DNA of 63,954 nucleotides, the filler included, from Sphacelaria rigidula (taxonomy: Eukaryota), in NCBI GenBank assembly GCA_964200075.2. It is 4 parts of 4 records of this genome, joined end to end, with 100 filler letters (N's around TTAATTAATTAA, not from the genome) between each part and the next. Parts side by side here need not be neighbours in the genome. Positions count along the whole stretch, not along the records: positions 1 to 15,920 come from CAXNAA020001549.1; 3 more parts are not named here. The stretch is one strand, 5' to 3'. The number at the start of each line of letters is the position of its first letter. Position 1 is the stretch's first letter. The translations under genes were made by a program, and so were the position numbers. The notes below the pieces were generated by a model. The model had not been told where the DNA came from. It searched no databases and worked only from the letters and a program-made list of their open reading frames with translations. Shown in pieces: positions 1 through 11,819 of the stretch.

Positions 1-384
1 CTGCTTGCGTTGGGTCTGTATACATGTGTGACATCAGTCTCTGATATGTCACTGCAAAGAGATATCTCCCACATATCCCCCCCCTTTATGCGCCTCTAGC
101 CCATCGAGGCTATGGCTAGTGGGACGAGGCGATCATCAGCTTCGCTGATGAAATAATCATGGAGGTTTCTTTGAGTGACAATCATTGATCGAGTCACGCC
201 ACCACTAATCGCAAAGGTAGCCCTTCTCTATACTGTGGTATTGAACAAACACCCCCAGTGAATTTTAGCTACATTTGGTCAGTAAGAGTGATGAATGTAT
301 TCCAAACCCTCTATTTTTTCTGTCATGTAGCTGTCATATGTGGCATGTTTCAATCAGATATATTTGCACTTGGGTGCTAGTTGC

Positions 385-1165
385 ATCTGCTGGTATGCAT
401 GACTAGGCACTAGGACACGGATCGGTCCACGGGCGCCTGGGTTATTCCTGCCCGGGTTCTGTGATGCCTTCGGTTCCGCGGACGCCTGAGTAGGGTCAAG
501 TCTCGGGTTAGTAACAAGGCGGTGTTGCAGATACATATATGTATTTTTTCTTCACCTGTGAGCATTGTGCTCTTTTGTCTAAACCCGGTGAAAATGAGCT
601 TTGCTTCTTGTATTGTGTCAAATAGATGCATCATGAGTGACAATTTTTTTATGGGATGCTTTTTGCACTATGGTGCCGGCTGCATCAGTCAGGTATACCT
701 GACTAGGCACTGGGACACCGACCGGTCCACGGGCGCTTGAGGTATTTCTGCCCGGGTTCTGGGACACCTTCGGTTCCACTGACACCCGAGTATAGGATCA
801 AGTCTTCACATTAGTACCAAAGCGGTGGGTCTGAGGTTTATCTTGCGAGCATTGTGCTCTTTGGTGAAACATCGACATGTTCCTTGCTTCGTATCATTTT
901 GTGGCATATACGTGTGTCCCATGTGATAATCCACAAGATGCGTTGCACTTTGGTGCTGGATGCATCCGCTGTTCCTACATGCCTGGGAACTGGGACACTG
1001 ATCGGTCCACAGGCGCCTGGGTTTTTGATGTCCGGGTTCTGGGATACCTTCGGTTCCACTGACACCTGAGTAGTGCGACGTCCTCGTGTTCGTAACAAAG
1101 CGGTGCATACGATGTTTTCGGCGTGTGAGCATTGTGCTTTCTTGTCTACCCATTGTCAAAATGAT
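385..1165. repeat. Three diverged ~290-300 bp tandem repeats inside the retrotransposon 3' region
   Basis: The motif 'cactgggacac..gatcggtccac.ggcgcctggg..cccgggttctgggatacc ttcggttccactgacacc.gagtag..gtgagcattgtgct' recurs at ~401, ~701 and ~981. Confidence 0.85.
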
Positions 1166-1299
1166 CAGCACTACCCTGATTGCTGAGAGGTTATCTTCCT
1201 TGGGAAGTTGCACTCCAGTCACCGTTGACATGTCGGATAATTTTCCGTTCATGTCTGCATTGTTCTAACGTCGTTTTTGTTTTCTTCTCTTGTGACTCT

Positions 1300-1780
1300 C
1301 CTTGATCTCCGAATTTTGATCCCGGGCTACTGCTCAACCGTTGAGCGTTTTGCTAGGACGCTGAAACAGTCTGTTGAACAATTACATCCGTTTCCGTTAC
1401 CCCGTATTTTCGGATTTCGACTCCGGATGTGAGCGCTTTGCTAACCCGATGTCATGACGGTATATATCGAGGATGTGTCTACTTGTGATGTTTAGTCAGC
1501 TCGATAGGTTAGGTCAGCTGCTGGGCTGTATCTTCTGAGTCTCATTCATCTCCGATTTATGACTTCAGGTTACTGCTCAACCCTTAAGCGTTTTGCTAGG
1601 ACGCTAAAACAGTCTGTTAAACAGTCACATCCGTTTCCGTTTCCCTGTAGCTTTGGATTCCGAGTCCGGATGTGAGTATTCAGCTAACCCTTTGTCAACG
1701 TCCGGTGCTGAGCAATTCTACGGTAGGACAGGTCAGCCACTGGGCTGTAGCCCTGGAGTCTCAACAGATATTCATCGTTG
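1300..1780. repeat. Two ~240 bp tandem repeats
   Basis: 'tactgctcaacc.tt.agcgttttgctaggacgct.aaacagtctgtt.aaca.t.acatccgtttccgtt' occurs at ~1328 and ~1572. Confidence 0.85.
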
Positions 1781-3653
1781 TAATGACTTCTCCGACCTGG
1801 GCCTGGCGCGTGACCTACCACTTTTTTGGCAGCGTAACGTTCTTTTGTAGGCAACGTTTCGTGTGATTGGTCTCTCTGGTAGAGGTATATGTTTGTCTAG
1901 GAACAACTCGCTCGATTTATCGACATCTGATGCGGGTTGTGTCTCCCGTGGGTGATATTTCTTCAAGTGAGCGGGATGTACTGACATTTGTTTAGAGTCG
2001 TCGTCTATTCTGATCATTTACACAACCGGCGATCGCCTATGGTTTATCATGAAAGGCCCTCTCCATGGTGAAATGGAGTTTCGGGCTCGGCCTTCCTGAG
2101 TACTTTTATGGCGGGTACACGAGTACCTTTTGGTCGGGTTTGAACACCGGTAAACATTTGCATTTGTTCGTTTCTTGCTCGTTCGCTCTTTCTCATAGGG
2201 CTTGTCTCGCAATTTCAAATCCAAACTGTAGGTTTTCCCGTGTTTCTTTGGAAAATTCTTCGGGTGTTGCTGCTTGGCTCTTTAATTGAAACGCAATTTT
2301 CCCGGGATGCCAAATGTAGTGAATACTCTGTCAAAAAGAGTTTTTTGTGAGGTGGTCCACTACGGACAGAACATATTTAGTACTCCAGCTTTTGACATTG
2401 AAGTTTTTCTTCATTCGACTAAGTTTGCCGGCGCTCTTTCGTATAGCCGTCCTCCCGTAACGTGTCCCATCGGCAAATTTTGACCGGTTGTGGACCGTTT
2501 TCCCGTCGTTGGCAACCCTGACATAGCGTGCGCATGTTCGGAATAACATGAAGTTTTTCCGTGGTTTACCTGTTGACTCGACCGGTTGGCGAATTGTACC
2601 ATTCCGTTTTATTCGTCGACTACGTGCCTGCTGTTCTTGAAGCCATGATGCGCGTGAGTGCTTGAGGTACATCAGGCGATCAAGTGTCTTCCTCGGTCAT
2701 TATGCGCGGCTCCACGATAGCTGCTGTTGTTGTTCACGGGGTATCTCCCGTTCCAACTAGTACTGTCATTTCACTTTGTAGTGGCACACTGCTTATGTTG
2801 TGAGGAATTCGAACAGGGTTAGAACCTTTCACACCGACTATAAAACAGTATGTTCTTCAGGTGTGTTGTATTGTGTGAGCCCTGTTGTTTTCGATGCGAT
2901 TCTTTGATTTTAATACTGGAATAGCGGAGTGTTCGTTCTTCCATCTGCCAGTCGAGTATAGAGTATAGCTTTGAAAGCACTCACCATGGAGTTGTCTAAT
3001 AGTCGATAACCCGGTCCCAGATGAGGTAATACAAACGCTTCTGTTGGCAGGGTTTTTATCTCCAAAGTTCGAAACGAATGAACCCCAGGATTTTGTTTAT
3101 GGGTGAGCCGGTTGTGCTTCTGGTATCCGTAGATCCCGGCTGTACTGGCTTCATATCAGCTGCCATGATGGCCAAATGTTCATCAATGAACTTTTGCTGA
3201 CACACGGTACATCCGCTGCGGAATCGATTGTGATTTTTTGTTTTCAGCGAGGGTACCGTATACTCTGATTGCCGGTTGAAAATTTGTCCGCGCAGAATGT
3301 AACGTTACCGATTCATTGGGGTACAGCGGAGAATGTACATGATGAAAGCTTCCACCCTCCGCTTGTGGGTTGGGATGCGGTAAGACCATCCGATACCCTT
3401 TTTTCTTTCGCTCGCTACATGGTAGGAAATGACAAGGTCGTGCATTCGCAGGTTGGGTAACTTAGTTGATGCTATTTCGAGTCATTGCGTTTCCAAAGGT
3501 CGGCCTGCTTGATTAATTGCCGTGCCTTTCGCGCGATGGTGGTGGAAGGTGATGGTGGATTTACTGTTTGATCAGCCGTTTTGGTGGCATATAATGCCCA
3601 CTGACTAGACTAATTTGGCGTTTTCGCTGTTTGACTAGCCGTACAGGTGACAA

Positions 3654-4093
3654 CACGGGATCTTACAAATTGGGGATGGATCATTTACTGGAGATGAGAA
3701 ACCCGGAGGAATAAAATCTTCGTATCCGCACCAAATATTCGAATTATGATTCCATTTCTTCACCTACTGATAGCTATTGACAACTGCTACACGCCATAGA
3801 AATTTGGACTTCGATCACCGAAATGTTGGGGTCCTAGGTAAAAACCCAATTTCGGAACCCTTTTGGCGTCCGCCCGGACACCCGGAATTCCACAAACCTG
3901 TTTTTTCACCTACCACCCCAACATTTCGGTGATCGAAATCCAAATTTCTATGGCATGTAGCAGTTGTAAATAGCGATCAGTAGGTGAAGAAATGGAACCA
4001 TATTTCGAATATTTGGTGCGGATACGAAGATTCTAATCCTCCGGGCTTCTCATCTCCAAAAAATGATCCATCCCCAGTTTGTAAGATCTCGTG
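3654..4093. mobile_element. Foldback/MITE-like element with ~190 bp inverted arms
   Basis: 3654-~3845 (cacgggatcttacaaattggggatggatcattt...) is the near-perfect reverse complement of ~3905-4093 (...aaatgatccatccccagtttgtaagatctcgtg). A related fragment lies at 32040-32100. Confidence 0.8.
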
Positions 4094-4410
4094 TTCAACG
4101 AAGAAGTTGTTTTTTTGTTTGTTTCAGCTCTTGACCTTCCTTCTACGGTGCTTGCCTTTATTTTTTATCGCGAGTGGGGTTCAGCAGTCGCTTTCCCTCG
4201 TCGACCATTAGGTCAAATCTTTCGTCAAAACCATATATGTGTGGGTGTAATGAACAACCGAAATAAACATGTAAACCAGAGAAATAGTCACAAGAACATG
4301 GTTTGCCAGTGAAGATACATGAGCGGACTCAAAACTTGAAAAACAAAATGAACATGAATCTCCGGTGACTTAGATAATAGGGTCCTCCGGTAGGAAGAGC
4401 TTGACACAAT

Positions 4411-4912
4411 TAGAGTTATTCTCCGCTCCGTCCACTCCGGATATCCGCTCCGTTTGACTCCAATCCTAATCCGCTCCGTTTGAAAAACAAACCCGTGGAT
4501 AAATCCGTTTTTTATCCGAATGATGAGTGACGTGGGAAATCCGAAATCCGGCCACTCCTGCCGCCCACAATCCGGAAAAAGGCGCCCAACAAGCCCCACC
4601 GAGCCTCAATCGCCGTCACCGTCGTCCAGGATAGTCGTGTTGTAGACGTTCCCGCCGATGAGAGACGCAGCGCTGTCGGCAGATGAGTCATCGGTTGATG
4701 ACAATGGCCGAAACGAAGAGCGAGAGGTAACGATTCTGCCTCGAGATCCAGGAAGACAGACGCGGAAGGCAAGATCGTCTGCAAATCGCATATCCGGATA
4801 TCCGGATATCTGGATATCCGCCACTTTTTTCTATCCTCGTTTTGATCCGGATAAGGCTGTCGAAAATCCGAAATCCGCTCCGTTTGAAAAATTCAAACGG
4901 AGTACATCTCTA
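4411..4912. mobile_element. hAT-type non-autonomous DNA transposon (MITE)
   Basis: Termini TAGAGTTATTCTCCG / CGGAGTACATCTCTA form an imperfect TIR. The 8-bp TSD is GACACAAT (4403-4410) / GACATAAT (4913-4920). Subterminal ATCCG/CGGAT repeats are present. Confidence 0.8.
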
Positions 4913-5231
4913 GACATAATAGAGCCACCGCACGAGCCGTGGCGGACTGCTCGCTGTACTTCGTACAGTACAAGCTCGGTCACTTGCCAATCACCGGCGC
5001 ACGACCAATCCTTGCCCTACACAACAAGAGGCAACATCACGCCTCGCTTTGAAGATCCTTCGGCAGCGGGGTACAACAACGCCCTCCATCGAGACACGTA
5101 GTTCCACTACCTAGCCCTCGCGAAGTCTAGTCTACAAGTAGGAGTTTTCCGGTGTTTCAATGCATGCCCTACCGCGGAATACTTCCCCGCGAAAAACACC
5201 CGAGAGAAATCGAAGCAAAGTAACAAACATC

Positions 5232-5480
5232 GAGGAGGAGGAGGAGGAGGAGGAGGAGGAGGAGGAGGATCCGCTCATGATCTTGCCGTAGCCATAAGAC
5301 CATTGACCTCGCATCCCTAAAAAGCCGGGACGGAGCACGCCGAGTTTTCGCGGGATCAGGCTCGCAATCAATCACTCAGCGTGACGCACCGCGAGGAGTT
5401 CGGCGTGTCCCATGAAGGGTAAGCTGCATTCTGCTACGATTGTTCGACCCGAAGCGTACCAAGAATCGTGCATATGGATG
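5232..5480 (-). repeat. Dispersed repeat family X (3' end of a non-LTR/SINE-like element) with (CCT)n tail
   Basis: 'catgatcttg...ttgacctcgcatccct..aaagccgggacggagcacgccg' also occurs at ~10917-11340, 15700-15900, 31780-31870, 51480-51910, 53925-54350 and 58425-58900. Confidence 0.75.
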
Positions 5481-5696
5481 ACAGCAGGAGGGAGGAAGGG
5501 TGACGCAAAAAGACACCAAGCGCACCACTGAGGGTACACCCCCAATTCAAATGTCATATATATATATATATATACCGCAGGGACGATTGCCACTAAACCT
5601 AGACAGCACAGCATAACGAGTGTGCCATACTACATACGCACTCTCCTCAGTGCAACACAGAAACATTCCCCGCTGGGTCGACGACGGCACAGGACG

Positions 5697-8600
5697 TTAG
5701 CGACGAAATAAACCGCCGAAAACAGTCACGGCCTTCCCCTCCAGTTTCACGCGGCCAGATGGTTGCCCCGTGCCTCGTCGTACTGTGTTGGCGACATCAG
5801 TCTTCTCAGTTCCCGGAGTGTAGGTGACGCGAACGGTACCGCCGCGGGGCGAAGCCTGATATCCCACCAGAGTGTTTCTGAAACATGAACGAAGTAGTGA
5901 CGGAGTAGGGTGGAAAGAGAGGAAGAGCAAGAGCATATGCATGGGACGAGGAGAAAAAATAGATTGATTGGTTGCTCAGTTGATTATCGGAAATTAACTC
6001 ATCCCGGTCATTTTCCACAAGATAGGCATGCCCGAGGTCAACAGAACGGAAACATTACATATATAAAAGTGGAGAGAATGGAAGGGTAGAACAGACAGAG
6101 ATGGAGGGACTAAATGTGTTTCGTTTGACGAAAGCTGTGTGTGCTTCACGAACTCGTCAATATCATCGTATATATGTGTTCAAGAGATCAACCTCTACTT
6201 AGCACTCCCGCTGCATTGACGTGCACCGGAAGGTTAACCTCACACATCGATTCTTCTCATCCAACGCCTCGAGCACACCGTATCGCGTGATGCTACATCC
6301 CGGGGTATCGATCACACGGCCACGACTGGCATATCCGATCAGATCAGAGATGGAGGCGACCTGTAGCTTTGGGCGCAAATCTATGGTTGATTTTTTCGGA
6401 TAAAACTAACAATAACACCATTATAGACCTAACCCCAACCCCGACCCAAGGCGTACGAGACACTCGGGCCGGGGGGGGTGCATAGGTTCCCCGAGGCAAA
6501 GGATTCGCTGGCAGACCTCGAATCAACGCCGCAGGCGCCGATTTCGACCAAAACACGTTCTGGACGAGCGGGGTCGACTACTGCTCACCTGTCTCATACC
6601 ATGAACTTTGTCAGAATTTTCTCCACTCTGAAATCAAGTATTCATGCGATCAACCCAAGATTTACGCCCAGGGCTTCAGGTCTACTGCGGAGATGGATAC
6701 GGCTGATAGCCGGTCAGAGATGGGGAGACCACATTGTGTCAGAGTTGCTCGCCTCAGAAAGGAGAGCGGACTGAGGGAAAGGGGGGAAGGGAAGTGAGGA
6801 GCGTGGCTCAGTGAGTCAGTACAGCACAATGCACCAGCAGTCACGCAAGTCACGAGTGGTGATATGCCGTAGGAATTTCCCGAAACGCCCAATCTGAAGT
6901 GTAGATCAGGCGGCAATACCCCGAGAACTTATGTAACCGTCGGAATATAAGGTGCCACTCCCTGCGCATGAACGCTACCGTGGCATTCCGTAGAGATGAC
7001 ATAAAGCACCTGTCCCAGGAATAGACCGAAGGAGAGTACCCCCGCCCCCCACGCGAGTTCGCAACCCCTTCCCCCAAAATCAAGAACCAGATTAATGAGC
7101 GGCCTCAAAATTCGGGGGGAAAGCTCAGACTCACGGTCAATATGAAGGGGCGGGGAATATTTTATCATCTAGTCACAAATAGACAAACATCGCACCACAA
7201 TAGATATCTTCATTTCCCTGAAGGAAATCTCCACCATATCCTTTCCCTTCATAAAAAAAACAGTGCCACTCTATCCCAGACCCAACCGACTGAGACAAAA
7301 GCGACTATCGGGATCGAGGCAAACGCAAAAACTCTTGATTGTGGAGATAGTTAATGATATTATGTCGTATATGATTATCAGCATAAAAACATCACTTTGC
7401 GCGGGAGCCTGCCGAAGTTTTTCAACACTGCTCCGCAAGCCTCAGGGGACTAAATTTTCTTATTTGCGTATGATCCTGTTTTCCCAAAAAGCGGGGCAGG
7501 TTTTTTAACGCGCCCCTTTGTCATAGAAAATGTAGCTCCTCACACCTTTCCAACTTGTTGGCCCAGTAGGTTGCGAGGAAGCAGTGAGCACTGCCGGTTA
7601 CGGGATCTTCGTCGATGCCGCAGCTGGGTGCGAAAAAACGGCTCTCGAAGTCCGCCGCACTCGGCAACGACTCCTGCCCGCCGGCGCCAACTTTGCTGCC
7701 GCGGCAGGTGACGATGAACCCGCGCGCATCGATTGCCGCAAGTTTTCGCATATCCGGCTTCAGGAGTCGCAATGTATCCGCGTTGATCTTTTTTTATTAT
7801 TATCCCAAGCGATGTCCATACACGCACGCGCACGAGATCAGGCGAGTTTAGTGTATGGTACTCAAGAAGAAAAAATAAAAAAATAAAAGGAGCAGGTGAT
7901 GCAGCCGTCGGCGTTTCACGGGTATATCAAGGCGCGTATCTCTCGTGATGTTTGGGGAGTCAGCAGTGCTTGGATGAGATCGGCCGAAAAGCAAAAACAA
8001 GGGTCGTAGTCGAAAAGCGGTAATTCAGGTCACCCAAGACAAGATTTGAAAATTACGATTTCAAGAATTTGCTCCTTCCGGGAGCTTGGGCGCCATAGTT
8101 TACAGCCTTTGTAAGGTGCTCCTTGAAGCTAAGGAGACCACACGGAAAACCTATGCTCTGCCGTACGGAACACATCCCAATACCTGGAAAATGACTACTT
8201 TAAGTCCCCAACCGGAGCAGCACCGACCCGCCGGATAACGTGAGATTATAGTGTGCAGGATACTGTAAACGCGCTGACTAGCCCCCCGTTTCCAAGTTGG
8301 TACTGGTTTTGTCTGTCACCCAAAAGTCGGATATTTTCTTGGGTCTCTGATTATTCTACAACTGATACTAAAGGTTTGTTCGAACCCCTTCCCCCGTCTC
8401 CCGTCCCCAACACATGCAAATATACGCTTCACCTCGACTAGGATATCGACTCGTCCTCGGTGCACGAGGCAAGCATCCCCGCTGTTGTCAGACGGAAGAC
8501 CCAAGGCTTGCAAGACCGCCGTTCGAACAGAGTCTCCCGCCTCGAGGCTGGTATGGATATACTGTTGAGGGTAGGTACACAATACACGCACACACGGATA

Positions 8601-10698
8601 GAGTGACCGAGTGAAACACCTGCAAGCGAGAGGGTGAGTATACGTGTGTTGGAAGGGACGGATGAAGTAAATCGCGCGCGAGACACACAAAGAGACAGAG
8701 AGAGGCAGAGGGACGCAAAAGCACGCTAAGGAACATCTCGAGGTTCACGGGGGAATGTACGCCTTATGTCGCTCGATCGGGTTTCATTTCGATTGTGCCG
8801 TGCAAAAAATAACCTCTCCAAACCGAAAAACCGATTTCACGTCATGAACAAAAAACAACACACCACTGGGCTCCCACGAAACCTTTGGCCCCACCGACAC
8901 CCTTTCACTCCCTTCCTAATCCCCCACCCTCGCGCCCATCCTTCCCCACCCATGCAATCATACGCGCGTCAAGATCGACACCCACACGCGCACTTACACA
9001 CACTGCATACACGTACCTCGGCGGGGAAGTCCATCTCCGTCCACTCCCCCCCCTCGCGGTTCCTTCGGCACGTGAGAACGCCGCTGAGAGTAGAAAACCT
9101 GACCGGAAGGTTGGGGTCCGCTCTCCCCTCGTCCCATAGCGCGTGCGCCGCGGCCAGCGTGGCATGCCCGCAGAGGTCCACCTCGCCCCCGGGGGTAAAC
9201 CAGCGCAGGGCATAAAGGGGCCCTGCTGCCTTGGGGTCTTCTGAGGGGGGGGGGGGGGGGGGGGGGGGGAGGAGTAAAAACGGGACGAGCGTGAGCATCC
9301 CTAATGGTTAGGCGTGTTGGGTACTTTGATTGATTTTGAGAACGTGACGAGTCCTCGACGGAGGCTTGGAGGGTTTTTTGCCCCTCTAATATGGTGGTGC
9401 AACTTCCCGCTCCCTTCACGTGTCCCTTCCTGCGTTCTGTGACAAGAAGAGGTTTGATAGCGGTAATTCTCATGTTCGAAGCAACACACGTTAATGAGGG
9501 TGTCGGAACTACTTCCTGTGCAGCAAGCACGTCATCGATTCTTGGCGTCCCCCTCTCATCCTCCTCTCTCTGAAACGATCAATTGCACCCTAGAACTCCA
9601 AGTGTGGAAGGTGAAAAACAACTCACCACTGCCGTCTGGATCGGGCTGCAACTCCAGGTAGCACGTCTCCGACAGGTTCATCTCTATGGCCACCTGCGCC
9701 GCAGAATTTGACGGCAGGGGATGGGAAATATATATATATATATATAAAAAGTGTTTTGGAATGAATTACTTGATGCTCCCCTCCGTGAAAACAAATCGTA
9801 ATAAACACTTGCGGTGGGGGGCAAAACCCTCGAGCTATGTAAAGCACACAAGCACACATACTGTTTATGTATACTTCTATACTGCATAGCTCTACTGTAG
9901 AAATGTCGAGAGGCCAACGCATCACTCGGAGGCTGTCTAATGACGGCTTCGTGCCGCGTGCACAAATGAAATCCAGTCAGGCGAGTCCAACAAAATAAGC
10001 AAACGCACCGCTGGGTTTGTGTGTCTTGCACATGGAACATACGATTGTTCTCAAGGTTTACCGCCATACTATAGTATTATAGCACTGGGGTTTACCACCG
10101 TACTATAGTATTTTAGCACTGGGGATAAGATATAAATAAGGTTTTGTGTGATGTATGGAAGAAACGTGATGAGTACCGAAATATTGGAGGTGTCTCTATT
10201 AGAAGTAGGAACGGTGATCCGTTTCGAAAGGGGCACGTGGTCAATGGTCAAACGGCTAAGGTAAGCAACGAATGAGTACGCCCCTCCCCTCTCCCCCCTC
10301 TCTACCGCCTCCCAGACCCCTCCATCACCTCTTAGGCCCTTCGCATGCAAAGCAATCGTTCCCCTGTCCCTTCGACTCCAGGAACACATGGAGACCAACG
10401 GTACCTCCTACCGTCGCAAGACTTTGTGAACTACGTAAAACGAGAAACAAAAACGATTACTGTAGCCGGCCGCACCATACCCCCCCTCCCGATATGACCA
10501 GATCATGAGGTCAACCCGCCTCCCCACCCCTCCCCCCTCCTATCCCATCGCTCATCATTCCGTCTTGTCCTTTTCCCGGTGTTCTACCAAAAACTCCTCT
10601 GCCGGCACCTTTTGCATCCAAACGGCATCCTCCCCCTTGTGAGTGAAGAAGACCGCGGCAGGATTGCCGCCGAATATTTCGTCCGAGAAAGCGTCCAC
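5697..10698 (-). CDS. phzF: PhzF/PhzC family (phenazine biosynthesis-like, PBLD/MAWBP-like) epimerase; spliced, first exon not securely located
   Basis: Six GT-AG exons with consistent phases: 10698-10609 (VDAFSDEIFGGNPAAV..WMQK), 9693-9627 (VAIEMNLSETCYL), 9240-9017 (LRWFTPGGEVDLCGHATLAAAHAL..MDFPAE), 8561-8433, 7787-7546 (DFESRFFAPSCGIDEDPVTGSAHC), 5877-5697 (LVGYQASPRGG..RVKLEGKAV..stop). All hallmark PhzF motifs are present. A candidate first exon at 14345-14235 is uncertain. Confidence 0.92.
6410..6690 (+). repeat. Dispersed repeat with telomere-like CCTAACCC motif (same family as 37380-38260 and 57650-57890)
   Basis: Shares 'gcaggcgccgatttcgac.aaaacacgttctggacgagc' and 'ctgctcacctg...ccata.aactttgtc.ga' with 37660-38260. 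Confidence 0.75.
10120..10310 (+). mobile_element. 3' terminal fragment of LINE family Y
   Basis: 'ttggaggtgtctctattag.agtaggaacggtg..ccgt.tcgaaaggg..cgtggtcaatggtcaaa..aagcaac.aatgagtac(C-rich)' is also at 15500-15700, 35570-35720, 48050-48375, 52865-53150 (-) and 58260-58335 (-). Confidence 0.75.
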
Positions 10699-10899
10699 CT
10701 GGCCAAAATATGTGAAGGGGGGAGGGGGGGGGAGGGGGTAATCGATTTCAATAGATGGGTCCGAGAACGGGGTACTGGTGACTTATTCGGATCATCATCA
10801 CACAAACGGACGTATGCGTTGGATTTTGCATATGAAACACATGTTGGCGCCTCCAAATAGACACAAAATAATTTGACAAGGGAGCGGGCGTAGTGATTA

Positions 10900-11345
10900 G
10901 GGGGGCGGGGTGTACCCATGATCTTGCATGCCGTATTCATAAAACAATTGATATCGCATACCGACAAAGCCGGGACGGGACACGCCGGGTTTTCGCCGGA
11001 ACAGGCTCGTAATGAATCACCAACTGCGAAGCGCCGTAACGTGTTTGGTGAGCCGTATGAACGATGAGCTGCATCCTGCTGAAATTGTTCGGCCCGAAGT
11101 GTACTGATCATCTTGCGTATAGATGACATTCTACAATAAGTCGTTTTATTTTCTGGTATCGCCACTCCCAGGGACAGCCACGGGTAACGCACCGCTATGT
11201 CGGAATGGGGGCCGATTATGGGTAGGGTATTTCGAGAAAGTGTGCAACGGTCACCGTATGCGTAAGGAGTGGATCGTAATTGGGCCAATCATATCAATCA
11301 CGAATACACGCCTCCCACACACCAAATCTAGGTCGCGCCGTTACG
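10900..11345 (-). repeat. Dispersed repeat family X copy
   Basis: Aligns by eye with the copies at 5275-5480 and 53925-54350. Confidence 0.7.
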
Positions 11346-11819
11346 CGATTGTCTTCGCGCGTGATACTAAGCCGTAACAAACCCAAGTATACAAATAAAG
11401 GGTACTTTCCAGCTTTTGGGGCTTTTCAGGTCCGCTGTGGCGAATTGAGCAAAGGGGGTAACGACTTGGCCTAGCTGTTGTATGTATGCGGGGGGCTGTG
11501 AAGTGCCGCGGGCCGGCTTGCTTCTTGTGTCGAGTAACTCGCGATGAAAAGTGCTACAGCTGTCACATACTAAACCAAGTTTATGAGGGATAAAGCGTGT
11601 GTTCTGTTCGTGCTCTACTCGGCAGAGATGCGACCATCTGATGACGTGCTCACTCTCCCTCCGTATTTTATTTTATTTTCATCAGGGTACGTTTTTTTTG
11701 TCGTTAGGCCCCCCATTCACACCCATAACTGCCTCATGGGTGTCTCACCACAGGGGGAGGGGGAGGGGGGCGCTTCCTGACACAAGTACTAGGCAATCAT
11801 CGCCCAAACATTTTACATA

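Larger units (their letters stand above)
1..3650 (-). mobile_element. Degenerate, internally deleted Ty3/gypsy LTR retrotransposon (protease and integrase remnants, PPT, start of 3' LTR)
   Basis: The minus strand carries frameshifted protease-like remnants (~2900-3150, 'AFVLPHLGPG'), an integrase Zn/core remnant (~2330-2680, 'VHNRSK..PMGHV..KYVLSVVDHLTK') and the GPY/F integrase C-terminus ('SPWRGPFMINHRRSPVV..MSVHPAHLKKY', ~1950-2080). A PPT AAAGGGGGGGGATA at 87-74 is followed by a TG-starting LTR at 73. No RT/RNaseH is recognisable. Confidence 0.8.

Noticed and set aside
10310-10430. Extra PhzF exon (SQSLATVGG..FACEGPK)
   Set aside because: The flanking exons join directly in phase 0 to give the conserved 'WMQK-VAIEMNLSET'; this segment is phase-incompatible.
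10584-11288. 234-aa ORF as a gene
   Set aside because: It is made of repeat family X plus an out-of-frame overlap with a PhzF exon.
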